NCBI GenBank assembly: GCA_034780895.1
Contig: JAUZTB010000066.1
Span: forward strand, 14,427,154-14,491,153
Direction of reading: 5' to 3'
DNA length: 64,000 bases
DNA from: Rhynchobatus australiae
Taxonomy: Eukaryota
Under the pieces are notes generated by a model. It made no database searches, was not told the origin of the DNA, and saw only the letters and a list, made by a program, of their open reading frames with translations. Shown here piece by piece: positions 1 to 12,794 of the stretch. Position numbers and translations under genes: made by a program. Every line of letters begins with the position of its first letter. The stretch's first letter is position 1.

Positions 1-234
1 TTTATGGAGGTTATATTACGGAGGTAAAATGCTATTGTCCATACACCCTTCTTAGTCTCCTTCATTCTGGCCTCGGCACCTAAAGGAAGTGTGCAATATG
101 GACTTCTGACTCTTTACCCAATGCTTTTACAGGGGAAAAGCTCTTTCCTACCAGCTCATGGTAGAAAAACAAAGATTGCAAATTAAGGGATGCGGTCTTC
201 TGACCTACTTTTCTAGCTAGTCCCTTGGTACTGA

Positions 235-545
235 TGTTTTGTGGATTCTAAGGCCAATGGAAGAACCACTGTCTCTTCCACAGATGGGCAGGAGTTGCTT
301 AACAGGGAGGGCAGATGGGTTTGTGAGGTGGTGTGCTCCTTTTGTCATTTATGCTAGGCTTCTGTGTGTACCCAACATACAGTGTGTACTCAGTGTTCTG
401 AATACCATCCCAAATGCTCCTTTTCCATTCTGAGTGCTCTTTGGCCAGGGATTCCCAGGAGTTAGTGGAGATGCTGCAATTTTTCAAAGTGGTCTTGAGA
501 ACATACTTGAATCTTTTCCACTGTCTACCTGGTAATCTCTTCCCA
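235..545 (-). mobile_element. RTE-clade LINE, decayed 3' ORF fragment
   Basis: Minus strand reads GKRLPGRQWKRFKYVLKTTLKNCSISTNSWESLAKEHSEWKRSI, then PICGRDSGSSIGLRIH; typical RTE C-terminus and zinc-finger remnant. Confidence 0.7.
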
Positions 546-1119
546 AGACCTTCTGCTTACTTTTGCACTTATCAACTTTGCATTGAAATATCTCTTTGAC
601 ATTTCCTTCATACAGATAGCAGCAAGTTAATAATAATTGGACAAAGCCAAATCAAATTAGCATTTGAGACTTTTTTTGATTAGATAAGGCTTTAGGGGTA
701 AGAATCTACCAGGGAGTATATGAAATCTGATGTGAAGCTGGCAATGTGCTGGAATGGGGCGTTGTCAGAATTTTCAGGGTCAGATGCAGGTCCTCTGATC
801 TTAATTACAATGGTGAACATGCATGACACTAGGACATATCCATAATGCCCGTCCCAAATGAGAGGCAACAAGTTGTGATGGCTTGATAGAGAGCAGGCAG
901 TTTCTTCATTCACATCCCTTCAAATGAGCTTTGTGACTCCAGCAACTCCCATTGTGAGGGCAGGGGAGGGACAGCTATGAAAACACTTGTATAAACTGCA
1001 GAACTTCTAATTTGAGACTGCAGAACCTGTGTCCATTGGCACTGTTTGAATGGGAATTCTGTGCTGATCTCTGTAAGAATCCACTGCTCCACGTACATCC
1101 ACAGACATATGACATATAT

Positions 1120-1470
1120 GTATAGATTGAAAAAGTTAGGGTTGTTCTCCTTGCAACAGAGGAGATTGGGAGGGGATCTGATAGAGGTATTTAACATTGT
1201 GAAAAGTGTTAACATAGCAGAAAGAGAAAAACCGTTCCCATTGGCAGAAAAGTCAAGAGCAAAGGAACACAGAATGAAGGTCAAACGGCAAAAAGTGACA
1301 TGTTAGAATCTGCAGAGCATTGCTGGAAAGGCAGGTTCAATCAGTGCATTCAAAAAGGAACTGGATAAATGAAAGGAAAATGTTTGCAGGGCCATGGGGA
1401 GATGGAGAGGAGTGGGATTAGCTCAAACTGCTCTTGCATAATGCCAAGCTTTATGTCATTCTTTGATCAT
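1120..1470 (+). mobile_element. CR1-type LINE 3' fragment
   Basis: RLKKLGLFSLQQRRLGGDLIEVFNIVK, the CR1 ORF2 C-terminal motif. Confidence 0.8.
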
Positions 1471-2816
1471 CTTAAAAGGGGCAGACATCAAGTTCCNNNN
1501 NNNNNNNNNNNNNNNNNNNNNCCGGAATATAAAGTGCGGGTCCCAGTTTAAAGCTTGATTCTTTTGGTGAAGCAGCTGAGGAGTTTTAGCTTTATACATT
1601 CAATTGCTATTATTTTATGGTATCAGCTCTCTGTTTAAACAGGATTTTTGCAAAAACATCTGAAATAAGACAAATTTAAAGATAAGACTGAGTTGGTAAT
1701 TTCTCACAATTGCTTATCAAGAACAACATAGTGGTGGCTCCAGCTAAATGCTTTTTTAGACAATGAGAGTTACTTTTGATTAATGCCAAATGAGTGAGTG
1801 AATCACTGGAACCCCAAATCTAAAAGCTCACTTTATTTTCTCTGATAAGAAGGGTTGAGACAAAACTAACAGTTAGCTTAAAGTAAATATAGAATTACAA
1901 AGAATGAAATTCAGAAAGATTGTGCCTAATTTTTTTCAGCATTAAATTTGGTAAATTCATGCTTGCTTGCACTGAGAACAAAAATTGAAAATTGTTCACA
2001 CTGATAACAGATGAAAATATTGGTAAATGTGTATTCCAGGTAATGTGCACAGGTTGGGTTATCCTAATACAGGACAAACCTCACCATCTGGTTCTTGAAG
2101 AACATAGTTGAAATGAAGATGGTTGAAGTCTTAATAGCAATTACTTGGAGGAGGCAACACCTTGGGATAAGTTCCCACAGGCTCCTGGTGGAGGCCCCGA
2201 GATGTTGATGTTAATGTCTCAGAAGCAGCTGCTCCCTGTTTAATTCCCCATCAGTTTGGTAGAACAGTCAGTGAATGGCCTGTTAATGAGACATAGTCAC
2301 ATTTAAAGTCTATCTGGCAGGTTTACACTAAGGTAGCCATCATGTGGGCCAGGTGCTCATGGTATCCTCCAAGTATGCAAATAATTCTCCAGTTACATCA
2401 AAGCCAACATGCCACTTTTACCTAAAGTCTTAACAGGGGAACTGGGGTGTATGCAGGAACTTATAATTGACCACCTTTGGCTGGACCTTTAACCATACAC
2501 TTGGTATACAGAAATGTGCACATGCTCATATCCATAATGCGGGAGCATGCAAGCAAGCCTCTGCCTGGTCCCCGCTCCAAAGCTGTTGAGAACAGCAAAT
2601 AGAGCCATAAAAAGTCACTCCTCAAACATTTATTTTAAATTTAATTTTTGGCCAAGAGGTGCAAGAGTACCCCTTAGTGCCCCTCAGTCACAAGTGTTAG
2701 TCTTAGTTATAAACATTGCCTCATTAATCAGAGATCGGGATTTGGAGCAAGATGGTAAGAGAAAATGTGGTAAAATAATCAAAAAATAGTTGCTAACCTG
2801 TGTATTTCTGTTCTAG

Positions 2817-2880
2817 GTTCAAAGTGTTTTGGTTTCCTTTTCGGAGGCTTTTGCTGATTACCTTTTTGAAACATTTGAAG
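2817..2880 (+). CDS. EFCAB5: EFCAB5 internal exon A (VQSVLVSFSEAFADYLFETFE)
   Basis: Branch-like TGCTAAC, pyrimidine tract and AG at 2815-2816; donor GTAAGA at 2881. 64 nt, ends phase 1; G+AT gives Asp with exon B. Confidence 0.75.
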
Positions 2881-3149
2881 GTAAGACTACAATCATGCAG
2901 CCATAAACATAAATGGTCATTTGGTTTTATTTTAATCCATCTGTACTTCCTTTCTGATGAAAACTGATTTGTGTTGGGAGGGAGCTTGCAGCAATCATCT
3001 TACACTTTACCTGCAATGATTATATGAAGGGCAGCACAACACGGTGGGCTGAGGGGCCTGTATTGTGCTGTATTGTTCTATGGTTCTATATGGCCATGGA
3101 AGGCATGAAGGCTGAGACCAATGTGGGAAGCATGTTCAAACAGGCTTCA

Positions 3150-3310
3150 GTTTTTTTCTTCACTGTCTTGTATAATTTATTTATAATTTGCATTATGTGC
3201 ATTGCCTGAAGCTACATGCCTGTGATGCTGCTGCAAGCCAGTTTTTCATTGTACCTGTACCTCACCATACTTGCGCATATGACAATAAACTCAACTTGAT
3301 TTGACTTGAC
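3150..3310 (+). mobile_element. LINE/SINE 3' tail ending in (CTTGA)n; related copies at about 22280-22430 (-) and 59680-59930 (-)
   Basis: TGATGCTGCTGCAAG...TTTTTCATTGTACC...ATGACAATAAACTCAACTTGATTTGACTTGAC recurs in reverse at the other two loci. Confidence 0.6.
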
Positions 3311-5510
3311 TGTACTCTTGAGAATTTGGCATGCAAACTGTTCAGCAAGAACAAATAAAATTGGATGTAAAATTTAAAATCTAAAGAAAACCTCCAACTT
3401 TCTGCCAAGTAGTAACAGGTTATAAAAAAATTTAATTGGACTTTTTCCTTTCCTTATTTATTAACTTACCCCACCATTATTTACAGCTGGCCACCGGACA
3501 CATAACCTGATCTCAATCCTGTGCTGCTGTTAACATGCTTATGTTTTGGGGGAACTTTATCTTCAGAATCACCCTTAGAGCAGCAGGCATTTTATCAGCA
3601 AAAAATTATTTTTACTTTGCATGCATTCAATTATTGATGTTATGTTCTGCCTTTAATGTGGTGATATTTTGAAATTCATGCTCTTTTGTCTGGTTTCTAG
3701 CAGGTGGTCTGGCCTAGAAATATGCCTGTGCCTTTTTTCCAGCATTAATCCAGTGTTTGCAATCTCCCTAATGANNNNNNNNNNNNNNNNNNNNNNNNNN
3801 NNNNNNNNNNNNNNNNNNNNNNNNNNNNNNNNNNNNNNNNNNNNNNNNNNNNNNNNNNNNNNNNNNNNNNNNNNTAATCCAGTGTTTGCAATCTCCCTAC
3901 TGATATTGTTAAAAGTTTTTTTTAAAAAAATGAAATTCGTTTGCAACAGTTCCATGGGCTCCCTCATGTAACACTACTGTTTCAGGAGCAGCATGTATTA
4001 GGGTGTTTTGTGGCACATTCCCCACAGCTGACCTCAATGTCACATCATAATACAACAACATTCCTTCAGCTGCTGGAGTTTGGGCAGGAAATCAGTACAT
4101 GTTACAGTGATGGGAAGGATATGACTGAGTCCTCACTGGTTGCAGATGAATCTGCCCAAACCTCTGATGAACAGCACGTGTAAGGGTCAGCCTCATTCAC
4201 CCATTCATATACTTGGACTGGAGCTGAAAAACATCTTGATCAATGGCTTTTATCCCTTAAGAATGGATTATTTTGCAATCTCAAACTGCTTAAAAGTTGA
4301 AGATTTAATTGACTGAGAGCTGATCTTTACAAAAGGATATTGTACATTTATTAGAAGAAAGAGGTACTGGATGATAGGCAGAGGGAACAAGCAGCTGCTG
4401 GATTTGGCAACTCTGCATCTCCTATCTGAGTGGAAAGGATGAATGAGCACGGGGGAGACTGGACTCTCTTCATCTTGATTCAGTGCCAGCCAATGGAAGC
4501 TCCAGCTGCAACCAGTGAGACAAAAACAAGCTGTTTACTTCCTGCAGGGGAATTTTCAGGAAGTACCCTGAATTGATATCACAACCCTTTCCCCTCCCCT
4601 TCCCACACCACTACTCATTTTGCCAGAGGCACTATTAATTTTGTGAAATTTGGGAGATAAGCACATGGGAAGGACAAATCCTGACCTCTTCTAATTTATC
4701 AACATTCCTTTATTTAAATGTTTTTTGTCCTTAACTACTGTGCATAGAAGGTTATAACACATGTTAATTAATCTATGNNNNNNNNNNNNNNNNNNNNNNN
4801 NNNNNNNNNNNNNNNNNNNNNNNNNNNNNNNNNNNNNNNNNNNNNNNNNNNNNNNNNNNNNNNNNNNNNNNNNNNNNNNNNNNNNNNNNNNNNNNNNNNN
4901 NNNNNNNNNNNNNNNNNNNNNNNNNNNNNNNNNNNNNNNNNNNNNNNNNNNNNNNNNNNNNNNNNNNNNNNNNNNNNNNNNNNNNNNNNNNNNNNNNNNN
5001 NNNNNNNNNNNNNNNNNNNNNNNNNNNNNNNNNNNNNNNNNNNNNNNNNNNNNNNNNNNNNNNNNNNNNNNNNNNNNNNNNNNNNNNNNNNNNNNNNNNN
5101 NNNNNNNNNNNNNNNNNNNNNNNNNNNNNNNNNNNNNNNNNNNNNNNNNNNNNNNNNNNNNNNNNNNNNNNNNNNNNNNNNNNNNNNNNNNNNNNNNNNN
5201 NNNNNNNNNNNNNNNNNNNNNNNNNNNNNNNNNNNNNNNNNNNNNNNNNNNNNNNNNNNNNNNNNNNNNNNNNNNNNNNNNNNNNNNNNNNNNNNNNNNN
5301 NNNNNNNNNNNNNNNNNNNNNNNNNNNNNNNNNNNNNNNNNNNNNNNNNNNNNNNNNNNNNNNNNNNNNNNNNNNNNNNNNNNNNNNNNNNNNNNNNNNN
5401 NNNNNNNNNNNNNNNNNNNNNNNNNNNNNNNNNNNNNNNNNNNNNNNNNNNNNNNNNNNNNNNNNNNNNNNNNNNNNNNNNNNNNNNNNNNNNNNNNNNN
5501 NNNNNNNNNN

Positions 5511-5585
5511 CGTCGACTGTTTATTTCCCTCCATGGATGCTGCCTGACCTGCTGAGTTCCTCCGGCACTTATAGTGTATTGCTAA
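5511..5585 (+). mobile_element. PLE terminus emerging from a gap
   Basis: CGTCGACTG...GATGCTGCCTGACCTGCTGAGTTCCTCC matches the PLE ends at 28157 and 39041. Confidence 0.65.
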
Positions 5586-6845
5586 ACATGTTGCCATTGG
5601 TTTTGACAGTTTTGTCAGCTGTTGTGTTGAGCATCCCACGTTATAGGAAGGTGGATGATAGGTCCCACAGAGCAGGGTTACCTACCAGAGAAGACAGGAT
5701 GAGTTGGGTATGGTGGAGAGAAGGGATTCCTTCAGAAGACTAAAACCACAAAGGACGTTTGTGGTAGAAGGTCTCCGGCATCTACCTGAGATGAAAGGTC
5801 AACACATTCTTCAAAGGAAGTGTCCACAGAGACATGGCACACACTGCAGTTACAACTGCACCCACAGAGCAAAACCATAAATGCCCTGCCAGTGGCTGTA
5901 AAAGTCTTTGTTGCTGTGAATTTCTATGCCTCTGAGGAAAGAAAGTGTGATAATATCTTACACTGTATCTGGTGATCTCCATGCCATTGTTGAAGATAAA
6001 CAGCCACTGAAATCCTGGTAATGAGGAAGCCCTATGAATCTACGTGACTCTTTTTCCAGGTCAATGAGGCATGGGCAAGATTGAGGCCAGCGCCATGCAG
6101 ATGAGGCCCCATAACTTATCTAAAGTTGGGTCACCAAAATGTTGCCTATTTCAATTTGCTATATTGGAAATAAACCTCTAATTTTACGGTTGCGTGTTAC
6201 AATCGTTGTTCAAATGGACTGGACAGGCCAACATTTTTTTGGTAAGACAAAGGGAGCAACTATTATAACCAATAACTTTATTCTTATCCTTTGAGTGCCT
6301 GGGTTGTAGCCTCTAAGACAATCATTTCACCGTTTCTCTATTAATTCTCCTTTCCTTCTCATTTGTAATAACAGATATTGTCAAACTCAACCTGTACTCC
6401 AATTACCCAACTGGACTATCAGGGTCAGATTTCCTTTACATGCTTTGTGTGGAAGAGCCTTAACATTTGTAGGATCTCATTACAAAAGAAAAAAATCAGT
6501 GAAATTCAGATTCCACAGCAGAGAACTTGCTAATTCTCCAGCCCCACACCCTCTGATCCACATTCCTGTCACTTGGTTGGTGCAGCCAAACTGAATTTGC
6601 CTATTGTGAGCAGAAATGTTACAGTAATGATTAACCGGGTTAACTAAAACACTTAGTACAGAGTTCACTTCCTGATTAAGCAACTTATTTAACTTCTTTG
6701 CAAATGTTCTATCCCCAGGTAATTATTCTGCTGAAAAATGATAACAGCTTCATGACTCCTGTAAAATTCAGTGATACAATGGCAACCTTGTGTTGTGGAA
6801 AATGTTGCACTAGTTCAGGGAAGAAGAGAAAATGATTTTAGAATA

Positions 6846-7256
6846 CAGGCTGTCCCCAGGCTTTAAAAGGGTTCTATTCCTAAGAACTGTTCATAACCCA
6901 AAACGATCGTAAGTTAGAAATGAACAAAGGCAGTGTGGGAGAGGATCACAGAAACAGCTGTGACAGGAGAGTGAGCAAGCACTGGATTAGCAGCTGGCAG
7001 CCGGCTTCACTGACCCAGGGAATGAGCAAGTCTCTGCTTGGCTCCACCCAGCCCCCAATTGTGATGGCTCTGGGGTTCCAGGTCAGGGGAGGAGGGGGGG
7101 CAGTGGAGAGAGAAGACACACAGATATGCCCTGTTCCCACCAAGCAGAAGATGCAAGCAGCCACATTACAGCCGTCAAACATATCCCCATCCATCCCGCC
7201 AGTCCCCCAAACATTTGTTCATATATACAGGCGTGTTCATAACCTGGGAGGACCTG
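6846..7256. mobile_element. Non-autonomous Tc1/mariner (Tigger/pogo-like) DNA element
   Basis: Starts TA|CAGGCTGTCCCCAGG and ends CCTGGGAGGACCTG|TG; imperfect terminal inverted repeats, no transposase. Confidence 0.6.
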
Positions 7257-8545
7257 TGGCAGAAGAGAGATATTAAAATAAAGCCAGTTATCATCCATTG
7301 CAGGAGTTGATCAAAGAGAAACATGGAATGAAGAGAAAGTTACAATACTAAACCAATTTTAGTACATGTACTAAAAATACTTCACTGGTTTGATGCAATC
7401 CACTGGAAAAAAAACACAGAATGAACTATGGACAGAAATATCCAAAATAATCAGATAATCTACAGTCTAGTATCAGGAAGCAGAAGACAACAGACCACTT
7501 CAAACAGGGCACAAGTAGCACATTGTGAGAGAAAGGCCCTCTGTTTAGTGAAATGTCTGTGTGTTTTCAATGTAACTTTTGTATCACATTCACAGGAGGC
7601 ACGAACACCATGTTTCAGTTGCTAAAGTATTTAAGATTTAGATTTTGGCAAGAAATCTAAGTATATTCCTTTCAATAAAATTAAGTTATGTGTGCATCTA
7701 TGTGGAAGAGATTTATGCTGGAAAAACTCTCTCTCGGTTTTTCCTCTACCATTGGAGTCAATCATGCCATTAACATGACAGATGTGGTTCACGTGTTTAG
7801 AATAGCTTTTTACTTTCAATGGTTAATACTTGCCATGAGCAGTTCTCACTCTCTGCTAGAAGGAAGAGGATGGCCTAGGTAATCTGCCCTTTTCTCGGAT
7901 TTAAAGCCAATTTCCGTAGATGATACTGGGTATTTGTGGTTTTTCAGTAATACATACCTCTAACCTACAAAAGGACAAATGGACTTCTGTATCCATTCAA
8001 ATCCTGAGTTCTATAGAAAAATTACAGGACCTGTTTTAATGTATAATTCTGAAAATTAGACCACCCATAAAAGTATTTAATGTTTCATTTCAGTTGGCTC
8101 AATGCAATGTCACACCTCATGATATGTGATGTTTCCACTTGTCATACTTCTCAACTTTTCTAAGTGAGATTGGATGAGTTATGTATGTATTCACAGAAAT
8201 TCAGTGCTGTGAACTCACACTTTCAAAAAACTAGCTCAAAGTTTTCTTGAGAAAATTAGCTAAAAGTCCATCATTTTTGAAAAAGGTACATTGGTCAATT
8301 GAAAGCCATGTCCTAGAGATGAATCGTTTTGTATTTAATGCATTTCTTAGTTTTTTTTCCCCAGAAATATATACTTTTCTGTTTATTTCAATTTAGGTAT
8401 CTAATTACATATTAATAACATACAGTATATGGATATAAGAATTATATTTTAAAAACATTATTGTGCCATTATCTTTCATCTGCCTGTGATTCATTCCTGC
8501 CCTCTATAACCGTGCAGTTGTCTGTTTCTATGTATTTCAACATAG

Positions 8546-8619
8546 ATGTGAGATATGACGAGGAATTGGAAGAGATAGATACAACAGGAAAAGTATTAAA
8601 TGAAGAGGAGTTTGTAAAG
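8546..8619 (+). CDS. EFCAB5: EFCAB5 exon B (DVRYDEELEEIDTTGKVLNEEEFVK)
   Basis: Acceptor CATAG, donor GTAGGA; 74 nt, phase 1 to 0. Resembles the recalled human segment LDITDSTEPRLNKMEFTE. Confidence 0.8.
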
Positions 8620-9059
8620 GTAGGAATTAGATCTCTAAGTCTACTAAAGCAATTGCAGTTCAGCTTATTCTTATAAATGCGATATATTTCAGCCTGACAG
8701 CCAGGATGTGGTCAATTCATTTTTAACCTATCAGATGTAATTGCAACACTGGAACTGGGACTGTTGCCAAATAATTAATTTTCTTATAAGCTCTATTTTT
8801 AATGTTTGCTGCATATTTTTGCCATGATTTTCCTGTCTGTCTGTAGAAATTTTTGGTATCCTACTCTGCATTTATTCTTTCTAAGAAGACTGGATCTAAT
8901 TGGAAAATGTTCATACATTATTGATAATGTATATAGGTTCCTTTTCCCTTGTAAGCAATAAGGTTCGATTTTTTATGTCTATGTACTGGGTAAAATGAAA
9001 ATGGTTGAATTTTATGATCAGCAGTCAATGTTCTACTGCATTACACATGGCCATTTTTT

Positions 9060-11990
9060 TGTTCCACCACCCCACAATTACCCTGTGAAGCCCCACAGGA
9101 ATTTTGAAAGTTTTGATGAGATCACCTCTCAGTCTTGTAAATTCTGGAGTGTGCAAATATAACTTGCTTAATTTCTCCTCCTATAATGAGCCCACAAAAT
9201 GTGAACTTTTTTTTGCACTCCCTCTAACTGCAAATACATATATCCTTCCTTAGGTAGGGAGATCTGACCTGTACACTATACTCCAGATGCAGCCTCATAA
9301 GGTTTCTTTATAATTTGAATAATACATATTTACTTTGCACTCAAATTCTCTTCCATTAAAGACCAACATACCATTTGCCTTCCTAATTGCTTGCCGAACC
9401 TGCACATGAACTTTCAGTGTTTCATGTACAAGCCCATAAATGTCACCATTTAAAAAATACTTTGTTTTTTTTATATTTTGTCCACCAAAGTGGATGACTT
9501 TACATTTTTTCACATTATATTTCATCTGCCATATCTTTACCACGTCCTTTCAGTTTTCCTGTCTAAATCCCCTTAGAATGTGAACATAGAACAGTACAGC
9601 ATAGGACAGGCCCTTCGGTCCACAATGTGGTGCCGAACTAATTAAATCAATGACTCCTNNNNNNNNNNNNNNNNNNNNNNNNNNNNNNNNNNNNNNNNNN
9701 NNNNNNNNNNNNNNNNNNNNNNNNNNNNNNNNNNNNNNNNNNNNNNNNNNNNNNNNNNGTGGTGCCGAACTAATTAAATCAATGACTCCTAATGAATCTA
9801 ATCCCTCTTTCCTGCACATTGACCACATCCCTCCCTTCTCTGCATATTCATGTGCATATCTCAGAGTTTCTTAAACACTCTTATGTCATCACTAACACCA
9901 CCCCTGGGAGTGCATTCCGGGCTCCCACCACTCTCTGCAAAAAAACTTGCCCAGCATATCCCTTTTGTTCTTTCCCCCTCTCACCTTAAATACATGCCCT
10001 TTAGAAATAGACATTGCAGCCTTGTAGCTCCATTGTAGCATCTTTGCATCCTCCTAAAAGCCCACACTGCAATTTAATTTTAAAACATCAGCAAACTTGG
10101 ATATATTACACTTATTCCCCTTGGCCAAAACATTGATATGGATTGTGAAATGCTGTGGCCCCAGCATAATCTCAGCAGTGTTCCAATAGTCACCAATACC
10201 ATGCATTCTGATTTTCTTCAATAATGTCTCATGTGGCACCATATGGAAGGCCTCTCTGAAAGTCATAATCCACCATATGAACTGGTTCGCTTTTATCTAT
10301 TCTGCCAACTGCAAGCTCAAATGTTTTTACCAAATACAGGTTTTCCTTTATAAATCAATGTTGACTTTGCTNNNNNNNNNNNNNNNNNNNNNNNNNNNNN
10401 NNNNNNNNNNNNNNNNNNNNNNNNNNNNNNNNNNNNNNNNNNNNNNNNNNNNNNNNNNNNNNNNNNNNNNNNNNNNNNNNNNNNNNNNNNNNNNNNNNNN
10501 NNNNNNNNNNNNNNNNNNNNNNNNNNNNNNNNNNNNNNNNNNNNNNNNNNNNNNNNNNNNNNNNNNNNNNNNNNNNNNGGATCCACTCTCCATAGCCAAC
10601 TCTTTCGAAACCTCAGGATGCAGGTCACAAAGTCCTGGGAACTTACTGCCTTTCAGTCCATTAATTTCTCCAAAACTGGTATTCACAAACGCTAATTTTT
10701 TTGAGCTACTCATTTATTCTAGATGTAGTCCTCCATTATTTCCAGGTGTTCTGTAATTGGTAATTGGTTTATTATTGGTAATTGTTTATTATTTTCACAT
10801 GTACTGAGATACAGTGAAAAGCTTTAGTTTGCATGCTACCCAAACAGATCATTCCTTACATAAGTACAGTGAGATAGTACAAAAAGGAAAAACAGAATGT
10901 AGAATATAGTGTTACAGTTACGGAAAAAGTGCATGCAGGTAGACAAATAAAGTGCAAGGTCACAGTGAGGTAGATTGAGAGATCAAGATTTCTTCTTTAG
11001 CATATAAGAGGTCCATTCAAGAGTCTTGATAACAGCAGGATAGATGCTGTCCTTGAGCCTGGTGGTACATATTCTCAAGTTTTTGCCCAATGGGAGGATA
11101 GAGAAAAGGGAATGACTGGGATGAGAGGGGTCTTTGATTATGTTGGCTGCTTTCCCCAAGGCAGTGGGAAGTGTAGACAGAGTCAATGGAGGGGAGATTG
11201 GATTGCATGATGGACAGGTCTGCATTCTCTACAGTTTCTTGCAGTCTCGGGCAGAGCAGTTACCATACCAAGCTGTGATGCATCCAGGTAGAATGCTTTC
11301 TCTGGTGCATCTGTAAAAATTGGTGAGGGTCATTTGTATGTTCTTTCATGAAGATAGATACAAAATGTTTATTTAATTTTGCTGCTTTTCCTTATTCTCC
11401 AATATTATTTCAACAAACTCATATTAACTTTAGCTAATCTTTCCCTTTTCACATATCTATAGAAACATTTACACTCACATTTACATTTCTCACTGGATTA
11501 CTCCCATATTCTGCTCTCTCTTTCCTTATCAATTCCTTGGTTTTACTTTGATGAATTCTGAAATTTTCCAATCCTCAGACTTAGTGCTGTTCTTGGCAAT
11601 GTTATAAACCTTTTTGAACTAATATTATCTTTAACTTCTCTTGATAATCACAATTGGACCACTTTCCCTGTTATTTTTCTACTTAAAGGGATACATGCTA
11701 CTTGTAATCTACGTATTGATTCTTTAAAAGGCAATCATCATTTGATTAGTCATTCCCCTTAATGTATGTCTGAAGCTACATTAGCCAAATTATGCCTTGT
11801 GCCTTTGTAGTTACTTATATTCAGATTTAAGACTTAGTTTGAATCTTTTTCAATTATTACATAAAAATCTATCATTGCTTATGTTCTTTAAAGCTCTTTA
11901 ATTACCCTTAATCATCATGATTATGCCTTTAATCATCAATTAACCCTCTCTTGTTGCACAATACTGGATCTAAAGCAGCCAAATCTCTTG
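9060..11990 (-). mobile_element. Old CR1 LINE fragment with nested insertions
   Basis: Minus-strand RT remnants WQMKYNVKKCKVIHFG, ISKFADVLKL and KFPGLCDLHPEVSKE. Interrupted by a younger CR1 3' end (about 9580-10020) and a Rex/Babar piece. Confidence 0.75.
10753..11335 (-). mobile_element. Rex1/Babar-type LINE 3' fragment nested in the CR1
   Basis: Minus strand KAANIIKDPSHPSHSLFSILPLG and TTRLKDSIYPAVI; tail ends AATAAAC(CAATTAC)n. Confidence 0.8.
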
Positions 11991-12477
11991 TTGGTCCCTC
12001 CATATTCTAATGGGGGCTGGAGCTGGGAAACATTAAACTTGGTGCACTAGGGGTTGGAAGGAGTCAGCAGACTAAAAGGTTTCAACCTTAATGTGAAAGT
12101 CAATTCAATGTGCTTGTCACTGAAGGTGAGGGTGGCAAAAGTGAAGAACAGGAGTTTGAGAGAGCAATTGGCAGCAATAACAAGAGGCCAGAGCTTCCCT
12201 TGGCTTTCCAGGATGACCTGGAAGAGTGAGCAGCTACAGCAGTTGAGAGCAGGTTGTACAGAAATCTATGTAGTCTCATCAGATATGACAGTGAATGGTC
12301 CCCCACATCCCCTCATATTTGTATGCACTGGACAAGGAAGCTGAGGTGACAACAGTGGCTGGTGGAGCAGCCAGGTTGAGATTTAATGGGAACTAGTATC
12401 CCACAGGTGCAAATGGGATGGAGGTTAGCAGCTCAGTTGTTGCAGAAATGTTGCCGTGTATGGAGGGTGCAAGGATA

Positions 12478-12780
12478 TCTAAGATAAGATAAGATTTCTT
12501 TATTAGTCACATGTACATCGAAACACACAGTGAAATGCACGTTTTGCGTAGAGTGTTCTGGGGGCAGCCCGCAAGTGTTGTCACGCTTCTGGTGCCAACA
12601 CAGCACGCCCACAACTTCCTAACCCGTACGTCTTTGGAATGTGGGAGGAAACCAGAGCACCCGGAGGAAACCCACGCAAACACGGGGAGAACGTACAAAC
12701 TCCTTGCAGACAGTGGTGGGAATCAAACCCGGGTCGCTGGCACTGTAATAGCGTCGCGCTAAACGCTACACTACTGTGCC
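12478..12780 (-). mobile_element. tRNA-derived V-SINE, tail type A, near full length
   Basis: tRNA-like head, V-domain GCGTGGGTTTCCTCCGGGTGCTCTGGTTTCCTCCCAC, tail ...GTACATGTGACTAATAAAG(ATCTT)n. Confidence 0.85.
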
Positions 12781-12794
12781 GGTACTCTAGGCAC

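Noticed and set aside
3745-3900. Direct repeats flanking 100-N gaps (also near 9630/9760, 31310/31426, 34550/34671, 48590/48727, 51850/51975)
   Set aside because: Duplicated contig ends across fixed-size gaps; a scaffolding artefact, not TSDs or CRISPR repeats.
3941-4183. SLVADESAQ resembling a hAT transposase DES motif
   Set aside because: No supporting context or terminal repeats; likely chance.
4761-5743. Long ORFs of 220-320 aa here and at 39573-40258
   Set aside because: Almost entirely N runs translated as X.
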